Source: Ktedonobacterales bacterium
GTDB taxonomy: Bacteria > Chloroflexota > Ktedonobacteria > Ktedonobacterales > JACDGC01
Assembly (NCBI GenBank): GCA_013815535.1
Contig: JACDGC010000001.1
Span: forward strand, 451 to 64,450
Direction: 5' to 3'
Length of the DNA: 64,000 nucleotides
Part shown: piece after piece, positions 27,986-36,865 of the stretch
How the letters are laid out: the number at the start of each line of letters is the position of its first letter
How positions within the stretch are numbered: the first letter of the stretch is position 1
The notes under the pieces: generated by a model
What the model saw: only the letters and a program-made list of their open reading frames with translations
The model's database searches: none
What the model was told of the DNA's origin: nothing
Made by a program: the position numbers and the translations under genes

Positions 27986-30858
27986 TAGCCTGCTCCTTGC
28001 GAGCGGGCGGGATGCTGGCCATTGCGCCCCGCGCTGGTGTCCGTTGCTGGGGAAGCGCGACGGCTCCCTTTGCCCGACCGACGGATGGGGATATCTGACG
28101 TGGGGCTGGCCACGCTGACGAGTGCCTCACTGGGAGGGTCTGGCTCGGCTTCCTCGGGAAGGGGGTGGGCGCGGTGACGTTTCGCTAATTCACTGGGATC
28201 GCTGGTGACGAGATGATGTTCCCACTCGGAGCTATCGACATGGAGCGCGACATGCGCGTTGCGGGCAAACAACAAGCCCTCCCCTTTATTGCACCCCAGG
28301 ATGAAGCTCCGTTCCCCCTGGCTCAGGTGGAAGGCCCCCGCGACCGAGGCGATCGTGCTGGCATCCTGCTTCATCAGGATTTTGATCGAAGCATTGACCA
28401 GGACGGTGCGTCCGTGCTCATTCGTGAGGAAATCCTCGACATCCTGGGTGATGGTGACGAGTCCCAGGTAATATTTGCGGGCACGGCGTGCCATATCCGA
28501 TAAGAAGCGGCCCCCTTCGGGGAACTGCATGAGGGACCAGGCTTCGTCGATGAACAATTGGCGTGGTTGGCGGGCATGCTCACGGCGCATGCGGGTCCAG
28601 ACAAAATCGGCGATCATGAAGAGGCCAATGGGACGCAGCTCGGCCTCCATCTCGCGAATATTGAAAACGACAAACTTGTTCGCCAGCGCCACATTCGTTG
28701 GGGCATTGAAGAGATGGGCCATGCTGCCCGTGACATAGCGTTGCAGACGATCCCCCAAATGGAAGTCGTCGGGACCGCACGCTCCGCTGGTGAGGACCGC
28801 ATACACATCGCTCAGCAAGGGCGCTGGGTGGGCATGGGTCTGCGGATCGGTATAGATGCCGTGGCGATGGTACGTCTCGAACAGCACCCGTTCGAGGAAG
28901 CTCTTCTCGCGTTGGGATAAAGTGGTGGCACGCCCCTGCACATGATCGGCCAGCAGCAGATCCATCAAGGTGATGAGCGAGAGAATCTTTTCCGCCAGGA
29001 GGTCGCCCCGATCCTCTTCGCTGCTGGCGGTGCCGCTCGTATCCTGGAATAAATCGAACGGGTTGACATGCTGCGGGGAGCCAGGGCGCAGGTGGATGAG
29101 TTGGCCGCCGACGGCGGCGCACAGGCGCCCCCACTCGTTTTCGGGATCGATGACACAGATCGCCGTGCCGGTCATGAGGGAGCGTACCGCCTGAATTTTG
29201 CAGGCATAGGATTTGCCCGCGCCGGACTTGGCGAACACCACCTGATTGGCATTTTCCAATTGGCTGGAGAATGGATCGAGAATGACCAGCCCCCCACTGC
29301 CATCGACGCCGTACAGGATGCCGTCGGGCATCGAGAGGTTGGCCGAGGCGAAGGGGAAAGCGGTGGCGATGGTGCTACTATCGAGCAGGCGGCTCCGATT
29401 CCAGCGGTCGCGCGCTTCCGGCAAGCAGGAGCCGAAGGCAATATCCTGCTCGAAGGTGGCGGGATGGGCGACGAGGAGCATCGCACTGAGGGCCGCCTGC
29501 ACCTGGGCGAAACGTTCATTGAGGGCCTGTTCGCTGGGTGCGCGTACTATCCCATAGATCGCGACCTCGAAGATCTTTTCGTCGCCGTGTTGCAGATGAT
29601 CGCGTAAGCGTTCGACATCCGCATACGCCAGCATGCGTTCGGGATCAGGCATGCGCCCTTGCCGTGTTTCCAATATTTCGGAGGCGCGAAACTCGACCAT
29701 TTGGCGGGAGAGCCGTTGGATCATGGTGGCGGAATCGCGCGGCCGCAGATGGATGGACCATTCCAGCGGAATGTCGAGCGCAATGAGTTGGGCCAGCCAG
29801 CCAGGATAGACATAGCGTGGATAGCCCACCACGGCGAACACCCGCGCATATTCCCCATCGAGAGTGATATGCTGCGCGCCGATTTCTGCTGCGGCGGGTG
29901 CCAGCAAATCAGCGATGGTCAGTAGCGCGGGTGGTTCCGTTTCAGCGGCACTGCCGGGTGCGAGTGTCGCGTCACGGGCTGGTGGATCATCGGTCGTGGG
30001 CAATTCGCTCGTTGGATCGGTCAGGGGTGGGAGGGGGGTGCGGCGGGTGCGATGTCGTCGCCAAGCGCGCGGGGCGCGTGCACTGGGCGGGAGTTGCGCC
30101 CCGGCAATGGTGGCCGCCGCGAGGGGGTGTTGCGTCGCTTTTTGGGGGGTCAGGCAGGAATAATACAGATTGACCAGTTCCGTGCCGCGCAGGCGCTGCG
30201 CCCCCAGACCGACGCGCCCCAACTGGCGGGCTACTTCGCGCACGCGGAGATCGAGTTGTTGGCGCGCCACCGCTTGCCATTGGAGGCCTTGCAGCAGCCG
30301 ATCCTCGGTCGAACGGGGACGCAGACGCGCGAGGTGCCGCCAGAGGATTTCCAGGCGGCTCACCCCTGACATCTCCGTGGCCGGGGTCGTCGGAATGACG
30401 ACATAAAAATGGCGTTCGAGCAACCGGCGCCGGGTGGCAAGACTGCGGACAAAGGCGATGTTATCCTGCGTCAGTTCGAGCAGCACCGCGTCCTCGTGGC
30501 GACTGGCGGCTTCATGTTCGGCCGCGAGGCGCGTCGCATGTTCACCCAAGCGGGCGAGATAGGGTTCGAGATCGAGTTTGAGCACGCGCACGAGAATTTG
30601 CACGGGGAAGGGGAGCGCATTGAGGAAGCTGAGATAACTGGAGATGATGGTTTCCTGCTCCTCCGCCGAGCGCAGCATGTAATTGAGGGGCGTGATGGCG
30701 AGGACCGCGCAGAATTGGTCGGCCACGCGGGGCAGCGTCGAGTCGCGATCAGGCGTGCCCAGGCACAGCGTATCGTCGCCGACGAGCGCCCAGGCGCCGA
30801 CGAATTGCTGCTGGGTACTTCCCAGGCGATGCGGGGGAAAATGGGGGCGTGTAACCAT
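27985..30858 (-). CDS. VirB4/TrbE/PrgJ-like conjugation ATPase
   Basis: Walker A VVFAKSGAGKSYACKIQAVRSL, ICVIDPENEWGRL, NPFDL, and Walker B RQLFIDEAWSLM. The 957-aa size is typical. Confidence 0.8.
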   Translation of the reverse strand: MVTRPHFPPHRLGSTQQQFVGAWALVGDDTLCLGTPDRDSTLPRVADQFCAVLAITPLNYMLRSAEEQETIISSYLSFLNALPFPVQILVRVLKLDLEPYLARLGEHATRLAAEHEAASRHEDAVLLELTQDNIAFVRSLATRRRLLERHFYVVIPTTPATEMSGVSRLEILWRHLARLRPRSTEDRLLQGLQWQAVARQQLDLRVREVARQLGRVGLGAQRLRGTELVNLYYSCLTPQKATQHPLAAATIAGAQLPPSARAPRAWRRHRTRRTPLPPLTDPTSELPTTDDPPARDATLAPGSAAETEPPALLTIADLLAPAAAEIGAQHITLDGEYARVFAVVGYPRYVYPGWLAQLIALDIPLEWSIHLRPRDSATMIQRLSRQMVEFRASEILETRQGRMPDPERMLAYADVERLRDHLQHGDEKIFEVAIYGIVRAPSEQALNERFAQVQAALSAMLLVAHPATFEQDIAFGSCLPEARDRWNRSRLLDSSTIATAFPFASANLSMPDGILYGVDGSGGLVILDPFSSQLENANQVVFAKSGAGKSYACKIQAVRSLMTGTAICVIDPENEWGRLCAAVGGQLIHLRPGSPQHVNPFDLFQDTSGTASSEEDRGDLLAEKILSLITLMDLLLADHVQGRATTLSQREKSFLERVLFETYHRHGIYTDPQTHAHPAPLLSDVYAVLTSGACGPDDFHLGDRLQRYVTGSMAHLFNAPTNVALANKFVVFNIREMEAELRPIGLFMIADFVWTRMRREHARQPRQLFIDEAWSLMQFPEGGRFLSDMARRARKYYLGLVTITQDVEDFLTNEHGRTVLVNASIKILMKQDASTIASVAGAFHLSQGERSFILGCNKGEGLLFARNAHVALHVDSSEWEHHLVTSDPSELAKRHRAHPLPEEAEPDPPSEALVSVASPTSDIPIRRSGKGSRRASPATDTSAGRNGQHPARSQGAG

Positions 30859-31340
30859 TAGGAAGCCTCCGGATACTCGCGACCGTGCACACTGTCACGG
30901 TAGGTAGGGACGAGGCCACTGAACTGTGGCTCGGGTTCGGTAAGCGGTTCGTCGCGCGTGAGCGGGTCGGCAAGATTGCTGAGGAGGGTTGTTTCCTCTG
31001 GGAGGGGAGCCTGGCGTGGCGTTGGCCGCCAGATGCAGGCTTTGGGGAGGCCCCGATAGCGCAACAGGGCCATGCTCCAGGTCTCCAACGGACGGTCGGC
31101 GGGACGAATGAAGGCCAACGCCATAGACAGGCTGATCGGTACAGCGGCACACGCGAGACGTCCCAGCAGCCCCCAACCGAGGCGTCCTCCGGCGAACGGT
31201 CCACTGTGGCCAAGGTGTTGAAAGCACACATAGCCCAGGGCGATCCCGATCCCCAGAAACAGGAGTTGGCGTGCGGTGAGGCCAAAGACGATTTTGTCTT
31301 CAACCTCCAGCTTGGTCGGGATTTCATGGCGACGGAGCAT
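30858..31340 (-). CDS. PrgI-family (VirB3-like) membrane protein
   Basis: Preferred start ATG 31340: MLRRHEIPTKLEVEDKIVFGLTARQLLFLGIGIALGY, the typical PrgI opening. The longer track ORF (to 31706) overlaps the pilin-like gene and looks like a shadow frame. Confidence 0.55.
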   Translation of the reverse strand: MLRRHEIPTKLEVEDKIVFGLTARQLLFLGIGIALGYVCFQHLGHSGPFAGGRLGWGLLGRLACAAVPISLSMALAFIRPADRPLETWSMALLRYRGLPKACIWRPTPRQAPLPEETTLLSNLADPLTRDEPLTEPEPQFSGLVPTYRDSVHGREYPEAS

Positions 31341-31351
31341 AGCAGCTTCTT

Positions 31352-31642
31352 TCAGGCACCCAATGCGGTCGAAACCAATTGCGCGATGACATTGGCGGTG
31401 AGCACGATGCCTAGACCAACGAGGGCGCAAATGATGCAGGTTTTGGCGCGATCCAGGGACCGCACGTTGCCGTTGGCGGTCATGTACAAAAAGCCCCCGA
31501 TGAGCACGAAGAACGTTGCGACAACTAATCCCACGCTGGTCCCAATTGTGGTCAGGCTGGTGAAGAACGTGGTAATCGCGGTTTTGAAATCTGCCGGGGC
31601 CGGGGCCGGGGGCACTACGGCAATGATGAGCTGTGCGAACAT
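31352..31642 (-). CDS. VirB2/TrbC-like small membrane protein (candidate pilin)
   Basis: ATG 31642 is preceded by AAGGAG. 96 aa with two long hydrophobic helices (VGLVVATFFVLIGGFLYM, ICALVGLGIVLTANVIA). Confidence 0.4.
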   Translation of the reverse strand: MFAQLIIAVVPPAPAPADFKTAITTFFTSLTTIGTSVGLVVATFFVLIGGFLYMTANGNVRSLDRAKTCIICALVGLGIVLTANVIAQLVSTALGA

Positions 31643-31680
31643 GTGGGAACTCCTTTGGCGGTTGGGAGGACAGTGCCTGA

Positions 31681-33093
31681 TTAGCACGTTGCCCCTTGGT
31701 TGTCATAGCGAGTGAGGTTCAGGGTGGGGTCGCTCAGGAGGTTCGTGAGGGAATCGCCAGGCACACCATCCGCCGTGTAGTGGCTGAAGTCCCAAGGACT
31801 TTGCCCTAACGCGGTGGCTTGCGCGAGTGGCCCTTGTGGCCAGGCGGCGGCGACGCTGGTGTAGTTCCCCATTTTGGTAAAGATGGTGTGGATCTCCACG
31901 CCTTGCTCGGCTGAGTTGGCGTAGGCGAATTGGCCAGGAGAACCCACCTGGCCGGTGCCGCCAATGGTGGGAAAACCGGGGATAGCGGAACTGTTGCCCC
32001 AGTTGTAGCCGGTATACCCTGGCAAGTGCCAGCCTTGTTCAACCCCCCATTGGGCTAACAAGACCGACACATACCAAGGATGGGGTAAAGGTCGCTCCCA
32101 GGGATAGGGATTAGGCATGCCCTGGCCGGGATTGCTCAGTTCCATCTGCTGCGCCAGACGAGCGAAGGGGAGCGCCGCACAGATGAAACGGTGAACGGTA
32201 TTCGCCGTCGGTCGCGATGCCGGTCCCAAATAGCGGATAAAGCCCAATGCGGTGTAGGCGTCGCCGCCGGGCCAGGGCAAGACGTTCAAGTCCGGTTGCG
32301 GAGTAAGGGGCACGCTCGCCGTTGGGGCAAAGGCATTCGCTTGTGCGAAGGTCACCGAGCCCGCCTGGCCATCGGTTGGCGGGGTAACGGCGAGGACGAT
32401 GGCGATATGGCCCGGATCATAGGCGCCGGTGGTCGATGCGGCATGGCTCCAGACGAGCATATCCCCCGGCTGGGGCAATCCGGGACCGATGCCTGGCGTG
32501 CCCGGTTGGGGGCTATGGCCGGCGGGAATGGCGACCCACTCCTTCAGCGTGCGGTAATGGCTCCAAAACGTCACGGCGTCACCTTGGTAAGGCATCGGCA
32601 ACCCCGCCAGGCCATAGGCCGCGATGACCAGACTGACGCATTGAAAATTGCCACTGGCCCAGCCGCTCGCGTCACCGGGATAGGTTTTTTGCAAGAAATC
32701 GACGACGGCCTGGGGCATCGCTCCCGTGGCATTCCCGGTGGTATAGCATTTATCGAAATCCGGCGCGCGCAGCGCCGGGTTGGGATCCCAATGGCCCCCA
32801 CACATCGTGAGATGGGCCGCGATCGTGTGTGCCCACGCGACGACCGAACAGGCCGGGGTTGGCGCTGGGGGAGGCGTCGCGGCGACCGGTGCTGGCGTGG
32901 CTCCTGGCGGGCTGCCGTTGGCGGGTATGGGGGTACATTGCCCCGTGCCGCCGGTGGCTCCTCCCTGATCACTTCCCCCCCCAGCAAACACCGCGATGGG
33001 GATGATGAGGAAAGCGGCACCCAGACAAACGACGAGGGTAATAATGACCAGGAGGCTCAGGAGGCACCCCCCAGTGGCGTTCTTTGCTGGCAT
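31681..33093 (-). CDS. Cell-wall hydrolase: CHAP amidase/peptidase domain plus glucosaminidase-like domain (VirB1/PrgK/TcpG analogue)
   Basis: TM anchor, then CHAP Cys (NFQCVSLVIAAYGL) and His (GDMLVWSH...PGHIAIVLAV). The C-terminal part YVSVLLAQWGVEQGWHLPGYTGYNWGN...FAYANSAEQGVE is glucosaminidase-like. Confidence 0.7.
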   Translation of the reverse strand: MPAKNATGGCLLSLLVIITLVVCLGAAFLIIPIAVFAGGGSDQGGATGGTGQCTPIPANGSPPGATPAPVAATPPPAPTPACSVVAWAHTIAAHLTMCGGHWDPNPALRAPDFDKCYTTGNATGAMPQAVVDFLQKTYPGDASGWASGNFQCVSLVIAAYGLAGLPMPYQGDAVTFWSHYRTLKEWVAIPAGHSPQPGTPGIGPGLPQPGDMLVWSHAASTTGAYDPGHIAIVLAVTPPTDGQAGSVTFAQANAFAPTASVPLTPQPDLNVLPWPGGDAYTALGFIRYLGPASRPTANTVHRFICAALPFARLAQQMELSNPGQGMPNPYPWERPLPHPWYVSVLLAQWGVEQGWHLPGYTGYNWGNSSAIPGFPTIGGTGQVGSPGQFAYANSAEQGVEIHTIFTKMGNYTSVAAAWPQGPLAQATALGQSPWDFSHYTADGVPGDSLTNLLSDPTLNLTRYDNQGATC

Positions 33094-33108
33094 ACGCGTT
33101 CCTTTTCT

Positions 33109-34650
33109 TTACGTGCTGAGCGGTCCGGCATCATCCGGCAGCGCATAGCCACTCCCTTCGATGGTGATGCCCGCGCCGGGACGGGGATCGCTGGATCCAG
33201 GGGAGCCGGTGTAACCGGGGTCGTCGTCGAATCCGGATGAGCCTCCGTCATCGGTGCCTCCGCCGCCAGGGGAAGACCCTGGGCCTGGCAGATAGCCGCC
33301 GAAACCGCCCCCCCCCATACCACCTCCCGATGGTGACGGCAATCCTGGCGCGCCCGAACTGGTCGTCGAGGAAGGCGCGGCCCCCATCTCGGTCACGGTG
33401 GCTCCGCCCCCGCCGCTACCCCCCCCGCCCCCGCCGCCCCCAGCGCCCATGGCCATGGCGGGATTGCCCGTGGCCATCGCCACGCCGATCTGCGCGGCGG
33501 CGGCCAGGACCCCCACTCCACTGGCCACCCCACCGACGGTGCGAAACAACCCGTAGTTGAGCAGAGCCGGCAGGCGAAAGCACAAGTAAAAGGTGGCAAT
33601 CAGGAGGCAGATTTGCAGGAGTACCGTGTTTGGACCCCACACGCCGTCGTTGACGGGAATATTCGTGGCGAGGGTCACCCCCATGGAAATGAGGGTGAGT
33701 TGCAGCGGTTGCAGAATGAGGGTGGCCGTGGTCAATCCGGCCCACCATTCGGTGGCCCGCTGCGTCTGCGGCAACGCCCAGCAAATGATGGCCAGCGGGG
33801 AGATGACGATCAGCAGATCGAGCAGCGCCAGCCGGACGAAAATCTGCAAGATGAGCAGCAGCAGCATGATCTCGTAACAGACGAGGCCAATGCTCCCAAA
33901 GAGGAGAGTCGCGGCGGTATTCGCTCCACTCGGCAGATTGGTCAACTCGGGCGTGAAGAGGGGGGCGACGCCCACAAAATGCATGAAGAGATTGCTTGCC
34001 CCAACGAGTTGGTCGAGCATCCAGAGGCTCAGGTTGGCTCCGAGTGCGCTGATGGCGAAGCGCGGGAAGAACTCAGCGATGTCGTGGTAGGAGAGGCCCA
34101 GAGCTGGGCGCACCATGAGATTGATGCCAGCCACGATCACAATGAGGACCAGGGCGCCATTAGCGATCCACCGCATATCATCGACGAGGGCATGAATGGC
34201 GTCATTCCCCGTGGTCACGCTGGTGGGGGTGTCAAACAGGATGTCATGCGAGAGAAAGCCTGCATTGAAGCCCTGCAGGAGATTTTCACTCCAGGTCAAA
34301 AACCAGTTCGCTCCGCCTACGATGGCGCGCATGAACCAGTAGCAGGGATCGAAATCGTTGCCCAACAGCGAGAACAGCACGCAATGAGGCAGATCCGTCG
34401 TAGGAATCGGATCGGGTGCGGCGGTTTGGCGGGTGGCAGCCCCTTGATAGGTTGCCCCCTGAGGACCCTTGCTGAGGCTGAATGCCGCAGGAGGGGTGTC
34501 GTGGGCGGGTGCTTGCGCCGCGTGTTCGACGGTCAGACCATGGGATGCGATGAGGCCCAGTCCCAGCAGGCAGATGCACAGCCAGAGCGCATGGGGATGA
34601 CGACCGCCCGCCCGATGTGGGGGAGATGTCCGTCGGATGAAGCGTGCCAT
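33109..34650 (-). CDS. VirB6/TrbL-like polytopic membrane protein with a Gly-rich C-terminal tail
   Basis: Preferred start ATG 34650 (GGAGGTG upstream). Multiple TM segments, then a GGGGGGGSGGGG / SPSGGGMGGGGFGG tail. It is the first gene of the T4SS operon. Confidence 0.55.
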   Translation of the reverse strand: MARFIRRTSPPHRAGGRHPHALWLCICLLGLGLIASHGLTVEHAAQAPAHDTPPAAFSLSKGPQGATYQGAATRQTAAPDPIPTTDLPHCVLFSLLGNDFDPCYWFMRAIVGGANWFLTWSENLLQGFNAGFLSHDILFDTPTSVTTGNDAIHALVDDMRWIANGALVLIVIVAGINLMVRPALGLSYHDIAEFFPRFAISALGANLSLWMLDQLVGASNLFMHFVGVAPLFTPELTNLPSGANTAATLLFGSIGLVCYEIMLLLLILQIFVRLALLDLLIVISPLAIICWALPQTQRATEWWAGLTTATLILQPLQLTLISMGVTLATNIPVNDGVWGPNTVLLQICLLIATFYLCFRLPALLNYGLFRTVGGVASGVGVLAAAAQIGVAMATGNPAMAMGAGGGGGGGGSGGGGATVTEMGAAPSSTTSSGAPGLPSPSGGGMGGGGFGGYLPGPGSSPGGGGTDDGGSSGFDDDPGYTGSPGSSDPRPGAGITIEGSGYALPDDAGPLST

Positions 34651-34821
34651 GGTCACCTCCTGGAGCGGAAACCAGTGACAACGTCGACTGGTCACGCTGC
34701 TCAATGACCTACCAGGGTCGGGTAAACAGGGAAGGGGGAGCATGATCCTTCCCTAGCGATCGGCGAGGGGGACATCTCGCTCGAACAGGTGCTGGCACTA
34801 GCGTACCTGGAGAAGGCCCCC

Positions 34822-34918
34822 AAAAATGGTTCATGAAGACCCAATTCTTGGGTCAAACTGGATCAAGGTTTGGATCCAGTTTGACCCAAACCTTGTCCAC
34901 TTATTCCAAAATCGTGCG
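34822..34918. repeat. 97-bp repeat, copy B; contains a 17-bp-arm perfect palindrome
   Basis: Same ends as copy A. ttgggtcaaactggatc (34848-34864) and gatccagtttgacccaa (34873-34889) are exact reverse complements, separated by 8 nt. It lies about 170 nt upstream of the VirB6-like start. Confidence 0.9.
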
Positions 34919-34963
34919 GAGATCCACAGAGGAAAGCAACGGTGGTAGAAGCGGAAGCATAGG

Positions 34964-35001
34964 CAAGGGCGCTCGGTGGGAGGAAGCACCGAACGCCCTT
35001 G
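34964..35001 (-). terminator. Hairpin downstream of the wHTH gene (possible terminator)
   Basis: caagggcgctcggtg / caccgaacgcccttg forms a 15-bp stem with one mismatch and an 8-nt loop. The downstream U-tract on the minus strand is weak. Confidence 0.3.
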
Positions 35002-35066
35002 CACAGGTCAAGAACAAGTGATTATGGGAGGAGCAGGAAGAATACCCTCGCGTGTAGCGACGACGC

Positions 35067-35525
35067 TCATTCTCTGCTAGTGGGGAAGGTTGGCGGGGCG
35101 TCATTCCCCAATGGCATGGTGACGGTGATGTAATACCCCACATTTTGGTGACCATGGTGGATATGGATCAGGGTGATATATGGGTTAATCAGTTCCTTGA
35201 GACGAATGATTTGACGGCCAATGCGGCGTCGCGTTGCGTTATCCAGGTGGATAGCTTCGGTAGGGTAGATGCAGGCAGCGGCTTCTTCGACGGTAATGAA
35301 GAAGAACGGGGCCAGCTGATCGGACGCGAAGCGATGCAATAAGAGCAACATCAGTTGCAATTGGGATGGGGAGAGCGGTTGAAAGGTGCGCTGTCCCGTC
35401 ACCACGTCTTTGAAGATGACCTGGCGTGGCTCGGCGATGCACTCCACATGAAAGTCGCCAACTCTGGCGGCGCAGGAAAGCGTGCGCGGTTGGTGCGCTC
35501 CCCGTTGAATCCATGTCACCGGCAT
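35067..35525 (-). CDS. Putative winged-helix (OmpR/PhoB trans_reg_C-like) DNA-binding protein
   Basis: Preferred start ATG 35525 (MPVTWIQ), 41 nt after the iscB stop. LSPSQLQLMLLLLHRF...ITVEEAAACIYPTE...ATRRRIGRQIIRLKELI resembles the wHTH effector-domain pattern. Confidence 0.4.
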   Translation of the reverse strand: MPVTWIQRGAHQPRTLSCAARVGDFHVECIAEPRQVIFKDVVTGQRTFQPLSPSQLQLMLLLLHRFASDQLAPFFFITVEEAAACIYPTEAIHLDNATRRRIGRQIIRLKELINPYITLIHIHHGHQNVGYYITVTMPLGNDAPPTFPTSRE

Positions 35526-35566
35526 AACAAGCTTCACCCAAAATGCGGCACGGATACCCCTGCCTG

Positions 35567-36865
35567 TTAGGCATGAGGAGGAAGCGCCGCCTCCTTTCGA
35601 AATGTGTAGCCATACCCATCGTTGCGATGGATGGGGGTACAATAGCGCGCATGCACTCCCTCTATCACGCCAAATCCTCCCGTGATCTTGAAATATCCAT
35701 CCTTCTTGACTGCCACTCGCCCCACATATGTCCCTGCTGGCTTGCCTTTAGTGACTACTGCACGCACCATATCTCCCGTATGCCACCCTAGGACCGTGCT
35801 CGTCCCTTTGGGGCTGCCAATAGGGAAACCATGCTTATTGACTTTGCGCATCTGTCGGCTATGCCGCCCCGCCGCCTGTATTAGCAACGGACACACATGT
35901 CGCCAGTGGAGGTGCTCAGGTGTACTCTGGCCTATGCAGGAAGCATCCAGCCAATGGGTCTTAGGAATGGCGCGATTGGTCCGATTCCACTTCGTCCTCC
36001 CGCCCGTCCCAGTCTCCACTGGCAATCTCGTTTGCTGCAGGCGCTCATACAGCGCCCAACGGGTACTATTGACCGCCGCTGCGTCCTTCAATGGTTTCTT
36101 GGCTTCTATCTGTACATCGGGATGTCCATATTCGGCCGCAGTGCAGTCACCTTTCTCTTGATTACAGTTGTGGCAGGAAAGGGCAAGGTTGCTGATGCGA
36201 TTGGAACCGCCGCGACTGCGGGGAGTGATGTGATCGACCTCCCATCGTATCGCTTGCACCCCACAATACGCACACCGATATCCCCATTTAAGCAGAAGAT
36301 ATTCCCGCGCTTCCCATCCTGCCAACGTACCTTGCTGGTATTCGATACCACTGATATCCGGGCGTTCGATGAGTTGGGTGTCGAAGCGGACTAACTCATA
36401 TGAGATATTTGTGATAGGAGCATATCGACGCAAACGCTCGACCCACGTCACCACATTTTGAATACGACTAAGGAGCGACGGCGGGAGCCATCCTTCCGGG
36501 CGTCTCCGATTATCGAAACGAGGTTGGCGATAGCGTGTATGCCGGTGTCGCCGCCCGCGCCGTTGAGCCTGCCGCGTGTCCAGCGCCTCCTTTACCTGTC
36601 GTCCACGATGGGCGAGTTCCGCTGCCCATATCACTTCTCCCGTTGCATCGTTGACCATCACTATCCCCGTCGTTTGGCTACCCGGATCAATCTTGACCCG
36701 CAATGGAGGAGTGACGTACTCAGATGGGGGCTGTTTCAGGATGATCGTAAAAGGATATCTCCGCAATATCGCTGCCCGCTTCTGCGTAAGAAGCCACCGC
36801 GCCCGCGCCGGACGGCATGGACTCAAGGGTATTTTCTCTGGACTGACGACCAAGACTCGTTGCAT
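35567..36865 (-). CDS. iscB: IscB: RuvC/HNH RNA-guided endonuclease of the IS200/IS605 superfamily (Cas9 ancestor)
   Basis: PLMP-type N-terminus (VLVVSPEKIPLSPCRPARARWLL...YPFTIIL), RuvC-I KIDPGSQTTGI, Arg-rich bridge (QRRGRRHRHTRYRQPRFDNRR), RuvC-II ISYELVRFD, HNH CAYCG...EVDHITPRSRGGSNRISNLALSCHNCNQEKG, RuvC-III KTHWLDASC, and the C-terminal ...HRNDGYGY. The preferred start is ATG 36865. Confidence 0.85.
   Translation of the reverse strand: MQRVLVVSPEKIPLSPCRPARARWLLTQKRAAILRRYPFTIILKQPPSEYVTPPLRVKIDPGSQTTGIVMVNDATGEVIWAAELAHRGRQVKEALDTRQAQRRGRRHRHTRYRQPRFDNRRRPEGWLPPSLLSRIQNVVTWVERLRRYAPITNISYELVRFDTQLIERPDISGIEYQQGTLAGWEAREYLLLKWGYRCAYCGVQAIRWEVDHITPRSRGGSNRISNLALSCHNCNQEKGDCTAAEYGHPDVQIEAKKPLKDAAAVNSTRWALYERLQQTRLPVETGTGGRTKWNRTNRAIPKTHWLDASCIGQSTPEHLHWRHVCPLLIQAAGRHSRQMRKVNKHGFPIGSPKGTSTVLGWHTGDMVRAVVTKGKPAGTYVGRVAVKKDGYFKITGGFGVIEGVHARYCTPIHRNDGYGYTFRKEAALPPHA

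Larger units (their letters stand above)
18102..34918. mobile_element. Candidate conjugative element: conjugation/T4SS module bracketed by the 97-bp direct repeats (no integrase seen)
   Basis: All recognisable conjugation genes lie between the two repeat copies: VirB6-like, hydrolase, pilin-like, PrgI-like, VirB4, T4CP and Replic_Relax-like, plus RecD2 and YihY. Boundary status is unproven. Confidence 0.4.

Noticed and set aside
30858-31706. 282-aa version of the PrgI-like ORF, and the 111-aa version of the pilin-like ORF starting at 31687.
   Set aside because: The N-terminal 122 residues of the long ORF overlap the pilin-like gene in another frame and are His/Arg-rich junk. Internal starts at 31340 and 31642 have proper context (AAGGAG for 31642).
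35526-35642. N-terminal extension of ORF 35067-35642 overlapping the 3' end of iscB.
   Set aside because: The extension is a shadow of the iscB frame. ATG 35525 gives a protein starting after the iscB stop.
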